Source: Obrimoposthia wandeli (taxonomy: Eukaryota). Taken from it: a DNA stretch of 64,000 nucleotides. The DNA lies in NCBI GenBank assembly GCA_977020255.1, contig CDROCS010001117.1, forward strand, positions 1 through 64,000, in the 5' to 3' direction. Of this stretch, positions 34,236 through 44,875 are shown in pieces (the first letter of the stretch is position 1; each line of letters opens with the position of its first letter). A program made the position numbers and the translations under genes. The notes beneath the pieces are model-generated. The model ran no database searches, was not told the origin of the DNA, and saw only the letters and a program-made list of their open reading frames with translations.

Positions 34236-34625
34236 TCACCCTTCCCAAGTATCAATAATTTCTTTAGCCGCTCTCATTGCTTCAATAGCGGCAGGAAATC
34301 CGCAATAAACGCTAGCATGCATAATTACCGCTCTTATTTCGTCTTTAGTAACACCGTTACGTAAGGCTCCACGTACATGTCCTTTTAATTCATTAGGTGC
34401 TTTTAGGGCGATTAACATAGAAATAGTCACCAAACTTCGGGTATCTTTCGGTAAGTCATTTCTATTCCAAGTACTTCCCCACGCATTTTCCATAACTAAG
34501 TCTTGCAATGGCTGATCAAATTCACTGGCATTATTTAAAGCGCGATCAACAAATTCATCACCCATAACTTCACGACGAACTTGCTCTCCATTTTTATAGT
34601 TTTCATTTTTTTTTTCTATGCTCAT
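34236..34625 (-). CDS. Carboxymuconolactone decarboxylase (AhpD/PcaC) family protein
   Basis: AWGSTWNR...RSLVTISML...ELKGHVRGALRNG...HASVYCGFP. Confidence 0.9.
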   Translation of the reverse strand: MSIEKKNENYKNGEQVRREVMGDEFVDRALNNASEFDQPLQDLVMENAWGSTWNRNDLPKDTRSLVTISMLIALKAPNELKGHVRGALRNGVTKDEIRAVIMHASVYCGFPAAIEAMRAAKEIIDTWEG

Positions 34626-35031
34626 TTTTATTTCCAATAACGTCAAGATGCTTTAATAATAAAAAGAATGGCAAACAAAAAACAGAAATAAAAATCTATT
34701 GCTAACATAAGCAACCGTGATATTTGATCATGTCTATTTCAAAATATTGCTTATTAGTCAAAAAACTCCACTAAGTTGAGAGACATCTTTGCTTAACAAA
34801 TTAGAGCGACTCCCCCCAACAATGAATTACTCGACAGCACTTTCCCTTTTATAAAATAATGATAAGAGATTGAAATAATAAATAAAAATATATATAGTTC
34901 ATCGAAATTTAAAAACACCTTTCTGTGTCTTATTCACTATCTCTGCCTAAATAATTTTATTTTTATATAAATTCAATTTAGCCATCAGCAATGCGATTAA
35001 AAGTTTCAGATCAATATATAAATCCTCGGTA

Positions 35032-36330
35032 ATGGAGACCCCCATGTTTTTTCTTAGTGATCACGATAGTCTAATCAGCTCAATTGAGGCCATTGGCGCT
35101 AGTTTCGCTGTCTTTGAGTTCGACCCTCAATCGGTAGCTTTTGAACTGGTCAGTTGCAATAGCCGATATGAGGATCTTATGGGATACTCAAGTGCGAAAG
35201 CGCTTGGTCAGCCACTGACAACAATATTCCCAAGATACATTCACAACCCCCTAAAAGAAGCATTCATTCATTGTATGAATGAGCGCATGGCTTTAGAAAC
35301 AGAGATAGTGCTTGACTACAAAGGACAAGAAAGATGCTGGCGTTCAATAGTCTCTCCTATCGTGAACTCAAAAATAGAAGCATTCAGAATAATCCAAACC
35401 TGTGTTGAGATCACAGAGAAAAAGATCTTAGAAAAACAACTTAACCTCTCGATGAAACGATTTGAAGCCGTGGTGAATAATGCCTATGACGGCATAATCA
35501 CCATAGATGAACAGCAAAATGTGAAGCTTTTCAACGAAGCCGCCCAATCAATGTTTGGTTACAGTGAACAGGAAATAATTGGTCAGCCACTAACCAAGTT
35601 ATTACCTGAGAAATACCAAGCTAAACATCATAGTTATGTCGAAGGGTTCAAAAGATCACAGGTAGATTCTAGACCCATGCAAACCCGTGCAGCCGTACAA
35701 GGTCTTAGAAAGGACGGTAGCGAATTTGCCATTGAAGTGACCATATCAAAAATTCGCATTGCTGATAATGTTGAGTTTACTGCGGTTATCAGGGATATTT
35801 CTGAAAAGAATCAACTGCTGGAAGAGTTAATCTTATCCTCAAGAAGAGACCCTTTAACGGAACTTTACAACCGCCGATATTTTACCGAATTACTCAGTTC
35901 AGAAATCACCCGTTCTAAAAGATTCAAACGAGGTTTCTCGCTGTTAATGTTAGATATTGACCATTTTAAGTCAATCAACGATAGATTCGGACATGCATGT
36001 GGTGACGCTGCTTTAATCGCCTTTTCAAAAACTGTGACCAATAGCATTAGGGAAGTAGATACTATTTGCCGATGGGGCGGAGAAGAGTTTTTGGTACTAT
36101 TGCCAGAAATACCAAAAATAACAGCTATGATTGTCGCTGAAAAAATCAGAAAAAACATTGAAAACCTTGAAACAATCTATGAGGGTGATTTGATAAAACT
36201 GACCGTATCTATTGGCTTAGAATACTTTTCTGGCGACGCTATTGAAATGAGCAGCATGGTCAATAAAGTAGATCAGATATTGTATAGAGCAAAAAACACT
36301 GGAAGAAATAAAACTTCTACTGAAATTTAA
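35032..36330 (+). CDS. PAS-PAS-GGDEF diguanylate cyclase
   Basis: PAS motifs (GLRKDGSEFAIEV); DPLTELYNRR, DIDHFK, REVD I-site and GGEEF. Confidence 0.93.
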   Translation: METPMFFLSDHDSLISSIEAIGASFAVFEFDPQSVAFELVSCNSRYEDLMGYSSAKALGQPLTTIFPRYIHNPLKEAFIHCMNERMALETEIVLDYKGQERCWRSIVSPIVNSKIEAFRIIQTCVEITEKKILEKQLNLSMKRFEAVVNNAYDGIITIDEQQNVKLFNEAAQSMFGYSEQEIIGQPLTKLLPEKYQAKHHSYVEGFKRSQVDSRPMQTRAAVQGLRKDGSEFAIEVTISKIRIADNVEFTAVIRDISEKNQLLEELILSSRRDPLTELYNRRYFTELLSSEITRSKRFKRGFSLLMLDIDHFKSINDRFGHACGDAALIAFSKTVTNSIREVDTICRWGGEEFLVLLPEIPKITAMIVAEKIRKNIENLETIYEGDLIKLTVSIGLEYFSGDAIEMSSMVNKVDQILYRAKNTGRNKTSTEI

Positions 36331-36340
36331 CGTTTTATAC

Positions 36341-36411
36341 TATACCCGTCCCACTTGAATATGCTCGTATCAGGACGTCTGAGTGATTCATAATCAAGTG
36401 GAACAGGTATA
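36341..36411. mobile_element. ERIC-like MITE, 71 bp
   Basis: TATACCCGTCCCACTTGA...TCAAGTGGAACAGGTATA between convergent genes. Confidence 0.75.
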
Positions 36412-36415
36412 AATG

Positions 36416-37636
36416 TTAATCACACTTTGGCTGGTTCAATGGTGCTGGTAAAGTAGTACGACGCGTAGCGACATAGGCGATAACAACACAAATCAGCCCC
36501 ATAGTGACGAGCGTGACGGGATACCCCACAGACTCGGTAAACACACCGAATAACAAGCCACCTAATGCACCACCACCAATATTAATGGCGCCCCATAAAC
36601 TCATGACTCTGCCTCTAAAAGCACTTGTCACTGACACCTGAATAAGTGACTGAGTACCGACGCCGCAGACAGTGGCACAAAAACTTAATGCCCCTATAAT
36701 CACTAAACCTAACTCATAACTACGGGTATAACTAAAGACTACCAACAGTAAACCGGAGGCAATCACTGCTATACGCATTGCCGGTAATAAGCGCCCGGCA
36801 CTAAAAGATGACAGCAGTAAACCCGCAATAATAGCACCGATTCCCGCCGCTGAATTCATCCAAGCTAATGCTTCCACGCCCCGCCCGTAGAGTACATCAA
36901 CCGCTGCAGGTAAAATTTCTAGCAACCCTCTGCCGAACATAGCAGAGACAGCAATTAACATTAATAAACGCAGAATTAAGTCCGAACTCAGGGCGTAATT
37001 TAGCCCAGCTTTTATATCCATAAAAAAAGTAAATTGCTTTGCCCCAGCAATCCTTTGGCATTCATCAAGTTTTAACAACAGTAATACGATAATTAACGGT
37101 ATATAACAGGTCGCAACCACGGCCAATGAAACCGCATTTCCCTGATATTTTATCAGGAGTCCGGCAATAACCGGTCCAATAAAACGCGAGGTATTATATA
37201 AAATAGCATTGATAGCCACTGCCTTGGGCATGTTAGCGTCACTGACTAATTCTGGCACGAAAGACAGTCGTATCGACTGATAGGCACTATTGGCGATGCC
37301 TATTCCAAGGGCAAAGAACAACAGCATCATCTCATCAGCTAACTGTTGCCATACCAATAAGGACAATAGTAGTGATAACAATCCCAGTATAATACTGGTT
37401 ACAACCGCTGCCTGGCGACGGTTAATGCGATCTACCATCACCCCAAATAAGGGACCTACCACTACAGATGGGAAGAACATTAGGAAAGCCAACATGCCTA
37501 ACCAGCTTTCTGAATGGGTTTGATCCCACATCATCCAGCCCAGTGTCATGCGCTGAATCCAAAGACCCTGAGTAGAAAATATACTGCCACACAAGTAGGT
37601 CAGGTAATTACGTTCAGTAAATATAGAGCGCTGCAC
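36416..37636 (-). CDS. MFS transporter (MFS_3/MefA-like)
   Basis: About 12 TM helices; GVMVDRINRR and FRGRVMSLW motifs. Confidence 0.9.
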   Translation of the reverse strand: MQRSIFTERNYLTYLCGSIFSTQGLWIQRMTLGWMMWDQTHSESWLGMLAFLMFFPSVVVGPLFGVMVDRINRRQAAVVTSIILGLLSLLLSLLVWQQLADEMMLLFFALGIGIANSAYQSIRLSFVPELVSDANMPKAVAINAILYNTSRFIGPVIAGLLIKYQGNAVSLAVVATCYIPLIIVLLLLKLDECQRIAGAKQFTFFMDIKAGLNYALSSDLILRLLMLIAVSAMFGRGLLEILPAAVDVLYGRGVEALAWMNSAAGIGAIIAGLLLSSFSAGRLLPAMRIAVIASGLLLVVFSYTRSYELGLVIIGALSFCATVCGVGTQSLIQVSVTSAFRGRVMSLWGAINIGGGALGGLLFGVFTESVGYPVTLVTMGLICVVIAYVATRRTTLPAPLNQPKCD

Positions 37637-37907
37637 TGGCTGTTAATATCCCAATAAAATCGGGCATCATACAGTAAAACCTCACAGGGAAATATCAAAT
37701 TAATGCAGGCCTAAATGCATGTTCTGCGCTGTACACAGCAACCTTATTGAGTCGTTGTGATATTAAAAAATAAACTTATCAAACCATAAAAAATACTCAT
37801 GACAAAGCCGTCCTCCTCAGCTTTACAGCTCTGCGTAGTCCCAGTAGCATAGCGTTATTGAACGGCACTTAACTGTCAATTTCTACAAAATAAAAGGCAC
37901 CAATATC

Positions 37908-38366
37908 ATGTCAGATAACATTAATTTAATTACACAACAAATTGAAGATAAGTTTAATGAAATAGAGAAGGAAGTTTTTTCTGGAAGTATGTTTTCACAG
38001 TGGCGAGGATCTTTTGAAGTAAAAAAAGTCTACTTAAAAAAAGAAAATTCCGACATTAAGTGTGACCTCGATATTCGTTTAAAAAACTGGCCTGAAGGGG
38101 TTTCGATTAAAGTGTACAAACATAAAGCATTAGCGGTTTTGCCTTATGTAAAAGATCAACAGCTGTGCAAAGATCACTTAACCACCGAATCGACACCGTG
38201 TAAGTATTGGAAAGATGCTTTCTACTTTTCCAACATGATAGACCTGGATCAAGACCGCTATGTGTTATTAGAAGGTAATGCTATGTCAGATGAAGATACC
38301 GATATTTGCTTGAGTAAGCTAAAAACGCATATTGAAGAAATTAATGAAATTCTAGCGACTGATTAG
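37908..38366 (+). CDS. Hypothetical cytoplasmic protein
   Basis: Clean 152-aa ORF with AAGG RBS; no motif recognised. Confidence 0.7.
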   Translation: MSDNINLITQQIEDKFNEIEKEVFSGSMFSQWRGSFEVKKVYLKKENSDIKCDLDIRLKNWPEGVSIKVYKHKALAVLPYVKDQQLCKDHLTTESTPCKYWKDAFYFSNMIDLDQDRYVLLEGNAMSDEDTDICLSKLKTHIEEINEILATD

Positions 38367-38509
38367 CCAAAGAAATTTATACTGCATAAAGAAAACTATT
38401 GTTCACAGCTCGAGAGATACCAAAATGAGTAGAAAAAGCGAGACAACCTCCACTCTTTCTACTTTATTTTTTGGAGGCTAGTATCGCAACAAATATCTCC
38501 AAAGTAAGC

Positions 38510-39295
38510 TTACAATTCGAATAAAACATCGGTACGGATTATATATTTAACCCCGTCTGTAATAGGTACTGAACTGTGTATACAATGCAATGGGTGCATA
38601 CCGTGAGGGAAGCATAATATTCCGCCAGCCGGGGTCCGAATATCAACATTTTTAACATTGTCATTCGATGTTGCCGGTTTAGTCGGATCATCAGCATTCA
38701 CTAAGAAGCGCGTTTCACCACCTTGGAAATCTTCACTTAAGAATATTAAAAAAGTCATTTGGCTATAACGATCAGGATAAGCATTAGCAATCAGCTCGTT
38801 ATTAATAATACGGCTACCCGGCCAAGAACCATCAGAATGAGGTTTGAAATAGTCCTCAGGATTATAACGATAGAAGCGGAAACGCGCATTGATCCCCAAC
38901 GCCTTGCTGCCATCAAAAATAGCCTGTCTATCATCCATTAAATGCGCAATTCGCTGCCAAATAATGCCATCTGTTTGTTCATCAACTATCCAAGTTAAGC
39001 TATCGTTATGACGAACACTACGTGGTAAAGAGACAGCGGCATCGGGAAGAAACCCCAACTGTTCACTAATACTAATCAGCTTTTCACACTCACCTTTTGT
39101 CAATACATTGAATAATTGAAATGCGCCAGGCACCTGAGTCAACTCGTGTCTTTCAATATCACTGATATCAAAAGTATCACTCAAGTTTGCAGGGTTTACC
39201 TGGTGATTACCCCATGCAGGTAAAGCAGGATGCTCTGCTCCGGGCTCTAAAGCGGCGACAAAAAAGTCAGCTGTTGTGTCTATTTTTTGATTCAT
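38510..39295 (-). CDS. 2OG-Fe(II) oxygenase (prolyl-hydroxylase-like)
   Basis: RFRFYRY, FKPHSDG (HxD), GGETRF, distal His in IHSS and KYIIRTDV. Confidence 0.88.
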   Translation of the reverse strand: MNQKIDTTADFFVAALEPGAEHPALPAWGNHQVNPANLSDTFDISDIERHELTQVPGAFQLFNVLTKGECEKLISISEQLGFLPDAAVSLPRSVRHNDSLTWIVDEQTDGIIWQRIAHLMDDRQAIFDGSKALGINARFRFYRYNPEDYFKPHSDGSWPGSRIINNELIANAYPDRYSQMTFLIFLSEDFQGGETRFLVNADDPTKPATSNDNVKNVDIRTPAGGILCFPHGMHPLHCIHSSVPITDGVKYIIRTDVLFEL

Positions 39296-39311
39296 ATTTT
39301 TCTCTATTATT

Positions 39312-39348
39312 TATACCAAACGGATTAATTTATTGGTCCGATTGGTAT
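39312..39348. mobile_element. 37-bp internal-deletion derivative of the 24881 MITE
   Basis: TATACCAAACGGATTAATTTATTGGTCCGATTGGTAT carries both end sequences of the larger element. Confidence 0.7.
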
Positions 39349-39351
39349 GAC

Positions 39352-40683
39352 TTATTTGTTAATAATTCGTAGCTGGGAAAACTGGCGATGACCCGCAGCA
39401 GTTCCATGAAAACCAAAGCCACTTTGTTTAGCCCCAACCCAGGGTCCAAGGCCACCAGCACCTTGATTGACAGCCACCATGCCAGCTTCCATTTGCTCTG
39501 CAACAGCATTGGCGCCAGCACCACCAAATACTACTGCGCCTAAACCATATGGGCTAGCATTAGCTCGTTCAATCGCCTCAGATAGTTGCTCAAAACGACT
39601 GATAGCTACTACTGGACCGAAAGTTTCATCTCGCTCTAAAAGCATATCGGGTGTGATGCCAGTTACCACTGTAGGCTGTATATAAGGTAATGCATAATGG
39701 TGCTTTCCTAATAAGAATGATGCACCTTTTGCTTGAGCATCTTCGAGTTGAGACAACACATTAGCATGCTGCTTAGGATTAACAATCGGGCCAATATTGA
39801 CATTATTTTGATCCCAAGCGCCCGCTTGATAACGACTCGCTAACGCAACCACTTTCTGCTCAAATTCATCAGCTATACGTTCATCAACATAAATACGCTC
39901 AGTCGAAGTACACATTTGACCGGTATTTTCAAAAGAGCTAGCCACCGCAAACTGAACTGCTTTATCAACATCAGCGCTTGCCATAACGATAAGTGGATCA
40001 TTGCCGCCCAATTCCATCACTAAACGTTTAAGTCCTGACGCAGCACTTGCCATAATGTGCTTGCCAGCAGCTAATGAACCAGTGAAAGCCACCATATTGA
40101 TGTCGGCATTAACCAAAGCTTTACCGGTTTTTGCATCACCATGTGCTATTTGTAGTACATTCTCAGGTAGCACCTGATTTAATGTTTTAACAAAAAGGTC
40201 TGCAACTAAAGGGGTTTCTTCCGAAGGCTTTAATACCACGCTATTACCTGCAATCAGCGCAGGCAACAGTAAGTTATTCGCCATCGCCAATGGATAATTC
40301 CAAGGTGAGATAACGGCGACTACGCCTAATGGCCGATATTGCATTTCAGCATTTCGTCCCATTGACTCCGCTTTTAAGGCTTGCGCTATTTCCTGAGTAA
40401 AATAGGCCGCATTTTGGACAGTGCCAGTGACCTCATAACTTGCTCTACGATAATCTTTACCCATTTCTTTACTGATCAATAATGTTAGTTGCTCTTCTAC
40501 CGCAGCAAGACGCTCGTAGGCCTTCATTACATTTTGTTGGCGTTCATCAAGAGACAGAGCCGACCATGATTTTTGCGCTTTTTTTGCACGTAAAATAAGC
40601 GCTGACATATCTGTTGGTTCCGTAATGGGAACTTCACCTAATGGCGCTCTATTAATGGGGTCAAAAGAGGTGAGTATTGGCAT
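39352..40683 (-). CDS. NAD(P)-dependent aldehyde dehydrogenase
   Basis: ISPWNYP, KPSEETP, FTGS, ELGGND, GQMCTS and ETFGPV motifs. Confidence 0.94.
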   Translation of the reverse strand: MPILTSFDPINRAPLGEVPITEPTDMSALILRAKKAQKSWSALSLDERQQNVMKAYERLAAVEEQLTLLISKEMGKDYRRASYEVTGTVQNAAYFTQEIAQALKAESMGRNAEMQYRPLGVVAVISPWNYPLAMANNLLLPALIAGNSVVLKPSEETPLVADLFVKTLNQVLPENVLQIAHGDAKTGKALVNADINMVAFTGSLAAGKHIMASAASGLKRLVMELGGNDPLIVMASADVDKAVQFAVASSFENTGQMCTSTERIYVDERIADEFEQKVVALASRYQAGAWDQNNVNIGPIVNPKQHANVLSQLEDAQAKGASFLLGKHHYALPYIQPTVVTGITPDMLLERDETFGPVVAISRFEQLSEAIERANASPYGLGAVVFGGAGANAVAEQMEAGMVAVNQGAGGLGPWVGAKQSGFGFHGTAAGHRQFSQLRIINK

Positions 40684-40820
40684 AAAATGGCTTCCTAAAA
40701 TTTCGCTAAAGTTAATGCTTCATAAAGTGTAAATTGGTTATAGAACAGTATTATGCTAGAGTGGTTAATTAAAGCAACCAGTATACTTTTAGTAACCACT
40801 CAGTTAGAAATAGAAACATA

Positions 40821-41177
40821 ATGAAAAGCACAACAAAAACAAATAGTAATATTAAAAAAATAAATTTAGAAAGCTGTGAAGAACCTTGTCTTATTGAGCG
40901 GGGCATGCGGGTTTTAGGTGGTAAATGGAAAGCGTCTATTCTTTGGCATCTAAAAGATGGTCCAGTTCGTTTTAACGAATTATCTCGCATGTTAGGTGGC
41001 GCAAGTAAGAAAATGGTCGACCAACGCCTGAAGGAATTGGAAGCGCAAGGACTAGTTACGCGTGAAGTGATCAGCGATCGCCCTATTGCCGTCGCTTATG
41101 AAATCACCGATTTTGGCCGCACGGCATTAGATCTTTTAGAAAAACTCAAAGATTGGACCGAAGATAACGGTCTTTAA
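40821..41177 (+). CDS. HxlR/HypR-family winged-helix regulator
   Basis: PC...VLGGKWK...RFNEL...LKELE...YEITDFG. Confidence 0.92.
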   Translation: MKSTTKTNSNIKKINLESCEEPCLIERGMRVLGGKWKASILWHLKDGPVRFNELSRMLGGASKKMVDQRLKELEAQGLVTREVISDRPIAVAYEITDFGRTALDLLEKLKDWTEDNGL

Positions 41178-41251
41178 CCCTTTTTTTTGGATTACTACCT
41201 AGCAATAAGGAGAACAATTCATTCCCCTTATTTTCAATCAACAAATTAACT

Positions 41252-41363
41252 TATACCAACTCCATTAGTTTAGTCCGTAGTAAAATCGATTGAGCAATAG
41301 CGTGCTATTGACAACATATTTTAACCAGCACAAGTGGGCAATAATTTAATGGAATTGGTATTA
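41252..41363. mobile_element. ERIC-like MITE, about 110 bp
   Basis: TATACCAACTCCATTA...TAATGGAATTGGTATTA. Confidence 0.72.
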
Positions 41364-41381
41364 CCGGGCTAATTAAACACG

Positions 41382-42392
41382 TTAACGGTGACGGTGGATA
41401 AATTTCACTTGCTCGTTATTTTTTACTTGTTCTTCACATACAGCCATCACTCTTGCTGGACCTCCGGTACCGCCCACATGGTTTAATGCGCCAACCATCA
41501 ATGAGCAATCACCTTGATGTTGAGCTAATAATGATAGATTTGTTAGATTTTCAACAATTAAGATATCACGCTGATATAAACGAACATGTGCTGGCCACGC
41601 ATTGCTCCATTTGTCGTCACTGCCTTTAGCCCCCTGTCCTGAGTCAGTACTAAAACTGTCAGCGGCAATACCCGATATCTTGATCTTTTTTTCGTTCATA
41701 ATTTTGATGATTTCTTCAATAGCTTCTCCGGTAAATCCAGGGTGGTTTAGTCCATTAACATACTGCGACTTATCCCAATCTTCAGTACCTGAGAAATAAA
41801 ATTGTTCCCAACCAACACGGCCGACTAACCACGAGCCATCAGTAATTTGATCTGCAACGGCTCGAATATCAGCAGCTCTAATCGTCGCTTGTGAATTATC
41901 AGAAAAGTCGGTGATATTTAGATCTATGCTTGGTTTACCATCATTTTTTGCCAGTTCGGCTTTTACCCTATTCGATACATCAATTAGCACAATATTCCCC
42001 GTTAGTTGCTCGCTGTCCAATTGATGTGCTGCTTTGCGTTTACTGGAAGGTATCGCTCCTTTTTCTGTGCTGTTTTCATCATTTTGATAGTGATTTGGGG
42101 CATTAAAACTGGTGCCGTTGTGCTCTTGAATTAAAATGGCTCTACTGTTGAAATGGCCTTGGCTAGTTGCCCATTTATCGATTGGATAGAGTATTGCTTG
42201 TTGATAAAACCCTGCGATTGGTGTGCTGTTACTAATAGGTTTATTAAGATCTGGTTTGGTAGCATCGCTTTTACTTGGTGAAAATGTTGGGATAGGATGG
42301 CTAAGATCAATAAATTCCAAATGGTTAGGTTGTGATACCGATGCACAGCCTACGGTAAGTAATATGGTGCCGCCAATAATTAATTTTTTCAT
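41382..42392 (-). CDS. Cyclase/kynurenine-formamidase-family lipoprotein with an atypical metal motif
   Basis: LTVGC lipobox; FIDLSHP, HPGF, IVENLTNL and GGPARVMA motifs; HNGTSFNAPNH in place of HxGTHxDxPxH. Confidence 0.8.
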   Translation of the reverse strand: MKKLIIGGTILLTVGCASVSQPNHLEFIDLSHPIPTFSPSKSDATKPDLNKPISNSTPIAGFYQQAILYPIDKWATSQGHFNSRAILIQEHNGTSFNAPNHYQNDENSTEKGAIPSSKRKAAHQLDSEQLTGNIVLIDVSNRVKAELAKNDGKPSIDLNITDFSDNSQATIRAADIRAVADQITDGSWLVGRVGWEQFYFSGTEDWDKSQYVNGLNHPGFTGEAIEEIIKIMNEKKIKISGIAADSFSTDSGQGAKGSDDKWSNAWPAHVRLYQRDILIVENLTNLSLLAQHQGDCSLMVGALNHVGGTGGPARVMAVCEEQVKNNEQVKFIHRHR

Positions 42393-42496
42393 TTTATTAT
42401 TCCTTAAAACATTAAATTCTCTGGCAACATAGTAACCGTCCTGATGATGTGATTAAATATCACCAACTTCATATTACTTGTGACGAAACTTCACCT

Positions 42497-43450
42497 ATGG
42501 ATAAGTTAAGCTTGCTAAAGCTATTTGTTAACGCGGTTGATCATGGCGGTTTTGCAGCGGCTGCAAATCACTTGGGTTTGTCTGCATCGACCGTAAGTAA
42601 AGGAATGGCACGCCTTGAAGATAACCTTAGTATTAAACTATTCAACCGCTCTACCCGTCAGGTTCACTTAACTGATTCGGGTTCTCGTTATCTAGTCACT
42701 GCACGGCGAATAGTATTAGAGTTAGAACAATGTGAACAAGAGTTAAAACAAAGCAATGATCTGCCATGTGGCCAGGTTAAAGTAAACCTGCCAGTATCTT
42801 ATGGTCGGCTTTATGTCATGCCATTATTACAGGAGTTTACTCAGTTATACCCAGACATCACCTTGGAAGTTTCGTTTAATGATAGTTATGTTGATATTTT
42901 AGAACAGGGCATTGATTTAACCATTCGTACCGGTAAACTCGATGACCAACGACTGGTTGCACGAATGCTGAGCCCAATCGATTTCATTCTTTGTGCCTCC
43001 CCTGCTTATATTGCTGCTAATGGTTTTCCTACCTGCGCCGAAGAATATTCTCAACATAGTTGGATTCGTTTTAAATACCCTCAGTCTGGACGTTTAATGC
43101 CTATCACTGTCGATGAAGGTCAAGGGGTTGAGAGTTATGATCCTGGCAGTCAGTATATTGTCAATGATGGTGAAGCTGTGGCTGAGCTATGCGCCCAAGG
43201 GCTTGGTTTAACTCAATTACCCCATTTTATTGCCCGCGACTGGCTGAAAACGAACAGGATTGTCCCTATTTCATCTTTTCTTCGTTCATCTGAAGGGGTT
43301 TATTGTGTTTATCCAAAGCGTGAGTTTTTGCCCACCAAAGTAAAAGTACTCATTGACTATTTAATAATGAAAATTGAACAAAATGGTGAGAATACTTACC
43401 ATACTTGGGCTGAAACCTTACAACCTGTAGCACATGAAATAAAACGGTGA
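42497..43450 (+). CDS. LysR-family regulator (CrgA-like)
   Basis: GGFAAAANHLG...LFNRSTRQVHLT and DLTIRTG; divergent from the cyclase gene. Confidence 0.92.
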   Translation: MDKLSLLKLFVNAVDHGGFAAAANHLGLSASTVSKGMARLEDNLSIKLFNRSTRQVHLTDSGSRYLVTARRIVLELEQCEQELKQSNDLPCGQVKVNLPVSYGRLYVMPLLQEFTQLYPDITLEVSFNDSYVDILEQGIDLTIRTGKLDDQRLVARMLSPIDFILCASPAYIAANGFPTCAEEYSQHSWIRFKYPQSGRLMPITVDEGQGVESYDPGSQYIVNDGEAVAELCAQGLGLTQLPHFIARDWLKTNRIVPISSFLRSSEGVYCVYPKREFLPTKVKVLIDYLIMKIEQNGENTYHTWAETLQPVAHEIKR

Positions 43451-43533
43451 TTAATGATTGTTATCAAGGTAAAATTTAGCAATGGAATTGCTACTTATTC
43501 TTAACTTTCAGCTTTAGCCAAGGATGCTCATTC

Positions 43534-44784
43534 ATGCTCTCGTCAAATCGTCTTATTAAAAAAACACTTACTTTTTTTCATTATAAAAAATTAATCATGC
43601 TTTGCGCATTTTTTCCTATTATGGCTAATGCCACCATTGCCGATGAGGATTTTCTTCAGTGCAAAATTAATTTAGTTAAACGTGCTGAAACCGCGGGGTT
43701 TTCATCTTATATAACCCAAACCGTTATTGAAAATATTTCCCCTATTAAGCGAGTGATAGCTTTAGATAAAAAACAACCCGAATTTACCCAAACCTTTGAG
43801 CAGTATATTAAAGCGAGAGTAACCGCTTATCATGTTCGAGTAGGAAAGGAAAAACTGAGTAAAAATAAAAAACTGTTTGATAAGTTAGAGAAGCAATACG
43901 GGATCCCACGCCAATATTTAGTCTCTTTTTGGGGCTTAGAAACAGTTTTTGGTAAACACAAAGGTAAAATGTCAGTACTTAATTCCTTAGCAACATTAGC
44001 CTGTGATGAACGTCGTAGTGAGTTTTTTACTCTAGAAATATTAAACTTGTTCACCTTAATTGAAACAAAGCAAGTTGCTGTTGAACAACTACAAGGCTCT
44101 TGGGCCGGTGCAATGGGGCATATGCAATTTATGCCTACCGCGTTCTTAAAATATGCCGTTGATGGTGATAATGATGGCAAAGTCGATATTTGGAAAAGTG
44201 AGGTTGATGCATTAACAACGGCGGCCAATTATTTAAATAAAATAGGTTGGCAGCCTAAAGAACGCTGGGGCAGAGAAGTTAAATTACCAGAAAACTTTGC
44301 CTTTGATAAAGTGGCTTTTGATCAATATTACCCACTTAACTATTTTAAGGAACTAGGCGTTAAAAAAACAAATAACCAATCATTATCTACTTATGATATT
44401 CAGGCTGAGCTATATCTTCCTTCAGGCCATAAAGGTCCTGCATTTTTACTCTATCCTAACTTCAATGTGATTATGACGTGGAACCTTTCGAAAAGTTATG
44501 CACTGTCAGTAGGTCTATTAGCCAATAAATTAGTTGGTGCTAAAGGCCTTGAGTTTTCACACAAAGCGCAAACTAAAGTGAAACCTTATAGTGTTGCACA
44601 AATGAAAAACCTACAAAGCCAACTCAATTCATTAGGCTTTGAAACAGGCGAACCCGATGGGATCTGGGGACCTAAAAGTAGACAGGCCATTCGATCATTT
44701 CAGCTACAACATCAACTGATTGCCGATGGTTACCCAAATAAAGAAGTTTTTGTAACAATCAAATCAGTGGGGAGTAAAGCATAG
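43534..44784 (+). CDS. Lytic murein transglycosylase (MltB/SltB family) with C-terminal PG-binding domain
   Basis: FWGLET, GSWAGAMGHMQFMP, AVDGDNDG and PDGIWGPKSRQAI motifs. Confidence 0.93.
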   Translation: MLSSNRLIKKTLTFFHYKKLIMLCAFFPIMANATIADEDFLQCKINLVKRAETAGFSSYITQTVIENISPIKRVIALDKKQPEFTQTFEQYIKARVTAYHVRVGKEKLSKNKKLFDKLEKQYGIPRQYLVSFWGLETVFGKHKGKMSVLNSLATLACDERRSEFFTLEILNLFTLIETKQVAVEQLQGSWAGAMGHMQFMPTAFLKYAVDGDNDGKVDIWKSEVDALTTAANYLNKIGWQPKERWGREVKLPENFAFDKVAFDQYYPLNYFKELGVKKTNNQSLSTYDIQAELYLPSGHKGPAFLLYPNFNVIMTWNLSKSYALSVGLLANKLVGAKGLEFSHKAQTKVKPYSVAQMKNLQSQLNSLGFETGEPDGIWGPKSRQAIRSFQLQHQLIADGYPNKEVFVTIKSVGSKA

Positions 44785-44797
44785 GCTATTACGCCCT

Positions 44798-44824
44798 GCA
44801 TCAATCAAGCAAGTTGATTGATGC
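44798..44824. terminator. Hairpin between convergent genes
   Basis: GCATCAATCAA-GCAAG-TTGATTGATGC. Confidence 0.6.
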
Positions 44825-44875
44825 TTACATTTACGGGTTAAGTTACTAACTTTTATTTTGCGTCTAGCTACTCAA

